This document shows, in pieces, positions 56,906 to 64,000 of a DNA stretch of 64,000 nt. Under the pieces are notes generated by a model. That model was given only the letters and a program-made list of their open reading frames with translations, did not search any database and had not been told where the DNA came from. How positions within the stretch are numbered: the stretch's first letter is position 1; the number at the start of each line of letters is the position of its first letter. The translations under genes and the position numbers were made by a program. The stretch comes from Batkoa obscura (Eukaryota): the NCBI GenBank assembly GCA_030770535.1, contig JASVEC010000022.1:1-64000 (forward strand). Reading direction: 5' to 3'.

Positions 56906-57751
56906 ATGACTTCCACTTCAACTTTTGGTAATGTATTTGGAGAACAACAATATGCTTCCTTTGCTACTCTAAAAAATATGACTGATTTATCACCCAAGAT
57001 TCAACGTCATTTAATTCAAGTTTATAGTAATTTAGCCACAATGATGTTAGTATCAGCTATTGGAAGTTATGCTTATTTACAAAAAATGACTATGAATGTT
57101 GGTTTATTTAGTATCATTAGTTTAATTACTTTGATAGCTTTACCTTTTTTAAATCAAGATAGAAAAAAGTTAAGGTTTAGTTTATTGTATCTTTTTTCAT
57201 TTTCAAAAGGTGTAATTTTAGGTCCACTTTTACAAAGTACTTTTTATTTCTATCCTGGGTATGTTTTTTATAATAATTTTATTTAGTAATTTTAATTTGT
57301 TTATCAGGGTATTTACTACCGCTTTCGCTACTACTGCTTTGGTTTTTATCTCATTTAGTTTAAGCGCTTTGTTAAGTAATAGAAGAAGTTATCTCTTTTT
57401 GGGTGGATTTATTGGCTCTGGATTACTCTTATCTTTAATGATGAGTTTCTTCAATTCTTTTATACGTAGTTCTGGAATTGATTTTGTTAATCTTTATCTC
57501 GGTGTCATTATTTTTAGTGCATATAGTAAGTAGTTAATATTATGTAATTGAGATAAATATTAATTTTTCTATTAGTTATTTATGATACTCAAGTTATTGT
57601 TGAAAAGGCTAGCCAAGGCTTCAGTGATGTAATCATTGATAGCTTAAATTTATTTGTTGACTTTATCGGCTTACTTGTAAGATTAATTATTCTTTTAAGC
57701 AAAAATCAAGAAAATAAGGAAAGAAAAGAAAGAGAACGCCGCAGAAGATAA
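56906..57751 (+). CDS. Bax inhibitor-1 (TMBIM6-type); 3 exons
   Basis: DLSPKIQRHLIQVY, GVILGPL, RRSYLFLGG, LYLG, YDTQVIVEKA, LFVDFIGLLVRL, basic C-terminus. Confidence 0.9.
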
Positions 57752-57888
57752 TAATTATTTCTAATCAAATTTTATTTACCAAATAAACTACATGTTTGCT
57801 AATAAATTATACATTTTCAATCTTATTTGATATCAAATTTTGTATTCATTATATTATTTTTATTCATATAATTTATTTATTAATGAAT

Positions 57889-59439
57889 TTAATTTGATTT
57901 TTTGTCATCAGCTGAATCCATAGCAGCTAATCTTTCTACTAATGGTGGATGAGAAAAGTTATAAGCGGAATATAAAGGATCTGGATTCATGTCACCAAGA
58001 TTATTAAGCTGAAGTTTAATAAGACCTGATCTTAATTTTTTAGCATAACCAAGGTCACAAGCAAATTTATCAGCTTGAAATTCAAATGTACGAGATACAA
58101 AGTTAAAACCAAATTTAATAAATGCATCTAAAGGTGTAAGAAGTAAAGAAAACAATATAAATCCTACAAAGATTGGCATAGAACCTTGTTGAAATCCAAA
58201 CGAAGTATATAATTCTGGATCATATACAAATTTAGAAAACGCACTAAATATAATAAACAATTGAACTTGAGAAATTGCAAGATTATATTTAATATGGTTT
58301 AACTTCCAGTGACCTAATTCGTGAGCTATATAAAATTAATTGTTTAGTAATGTTCACACTTAAGCTAGTAGCTATTATTACCTAATACTGCTAATATTTC
58401 ATCAATAGTTGAATCTTTGATTAAAGTATCAAATAAAACGATACGCTTATTTTTAAAGAAACCGAAAAAGTAAGCATTGGAATGGCCAGAGCGTTTTGAT
58501 CCATCAACTACATAAAGTTGAGTAAGTGGGAAATCGATTGAGGAAGCTAACTCTTCAATCTTATCTTTCATTTCTCCATCCTCTAATGGTGTAAATTTAT
58601 TAAATAAAGGTTGAATGACGGTAGGGTAAATAGCGATCATTATAAACTGAATTACGGCCCTAATAATATAAATCAATCTATTAAAAACTTAAAATTTATC
58701 TCTTTCTTACATAAAAATCCATGCATAAATTGGGAAGTTAGATCCAGCCCATTTGATTACATAAATAAATCCAGCTAAAGCGGCATTACCTAATGTCAAA
58801 GTAAGGAGGGTGGTTTTAATCGCATCAGTTACAAAAAGTCCAATGGTAGATTTATTAAAACCATATTTTTCTTCAAGAACAAAAGTGTAATGAAGATCAA
58901 GTGGTAAGTTTAAAAAGAAGCTAACAAAGTGAATGATACTGAAGAACGCAACAGATTGAGCAATCTATTAGTGGTAAAATAATTTTAAAAAAAGTAGTAA
59001 ATTAAATAACAAAGACTTACTTCCCCAGGATTGGATAACCCTATAGAGGTGAGTAAAGTTCCAGCTAAATCCCAAAAGTAAATGTAGAGGCCATGATGAA
59101 TATAAACTAAATTTTGGAGTAAAGCATACGCATCTTTATAAAATCTAAAGGTAGACTTTTCATGGTTATAAGCCCTAGATTTCTCGAAAGTTTCTCCATC
59201 CACAAAATCTTGTATTTGTAATGGCCTTTCCTTAATTTTAAGATTCAAATGCTGACGGTAGCTAATAGATGATTAATAAATTAAGATTACATTCACTTTT
59301 AAATTTACTTGATATAAAATTCAACAGCTGCAGAGAAGAGCATAAACCCTGTCACTAACTCTTTGTAACCTATACAATTTTTTCATTTAGTTTTTACTCG
59401 GTCATATAGCTAGATGAAGTTACCTAATAGTTGTATCAT
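57889..59439 (-). CDS. STE24: CAAX prenyl protease STE24/ZMPSTE24; multi-exon
   Basis: [45 protein letters not shown] (HEXXH), [18 protein letters not shown]. Confidence 0.95.
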
Positions 59440-59904
59440 TGTTTAAAAAATAAATATTCAGTTAAATTCAGGTCTTTTTATACAATGATGAAATCAATTT
59501 TGCAATGTTCAATTTTTTATAGCCAATGAGATCCCTACCAGTGTTGTTTAACATCATTTAAAATAAATAGTAGCTTATATAAATAGTTGTATATGCTACT
59601 ACTACTAATAAATAATAAATGCAAAAGAACCAGATATGGAGACAATCTTATTGTTTAATAAATCCAATTTTCAGTTTTAGTATTTTCAAACGTTTACAAG
59701 TTTCTTTTATAATAACTGTATTCATCGAATTGCATGACTATAGTTTTTTCGTTTATTTAATATTTAATAGCTCTTTATATAAACTGCTGCCATGTATTTA
59801 TTATGTTATATAAAAATGTTATTCTATTTAAAATAGCAAAATTTTATTTTTATAGGTTTACTTTTATACCTTATATGTTATATTTTAAATAATATATCAC
59901 TTTC

Positions 59905-64000
<4,096 letters not shown>

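Overview
Left chromosome end of an AT-rich, intron-dense fungus, probably an early-diverging lineage. This is inferred from the (CCCTAA)n telomere, short GT-AG introns, Zn2Cys6 and STE factors, and a WDR62/MAPKBP1 homolog; the organism is not identified. A ~700-bp telomere is followed by a solo-LTR-like repeat and small inverted-repeat elements, then about 29 tightly packed genes. These include a WDR44-like WD40, RRP36, TFIIIC subunit 6, a CLA4-type PAK, VPS36, GAPDH, an NMP-kinase-like protein, MHF1, prolidase, two Zn2Cys6 factors, a PFK2-like protein, a ZIP transporter, WDR62/MAPKBP1, a chitin-synthase-like protein, DUF3605, POM33, two RNase T2, a Cys/Met PLP enzyme, STE12, BI-1, STE24 and RPC2. 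Most notable: (1) an unannotated 51-aa secreted precursor with two D[VT]NWAVK repeats, divergent from STE12, a candidate signalling-peptide/pheromone module; (2) a chitin synthase paralog that has lost its catalytic motifs, head-to-head with a GIG1/DUF3605 gene; (3) a secreted CDPYDPTC tandem-repeat protein with a Tyr/acidic tail; (4) GAPDH ending in a PTS1 (AKL); (5) six copies of a ~105-bp MITE plus other inverted-repeat elements. Exon joins were read by eye, and family calls come from motif recognition, not database searches.
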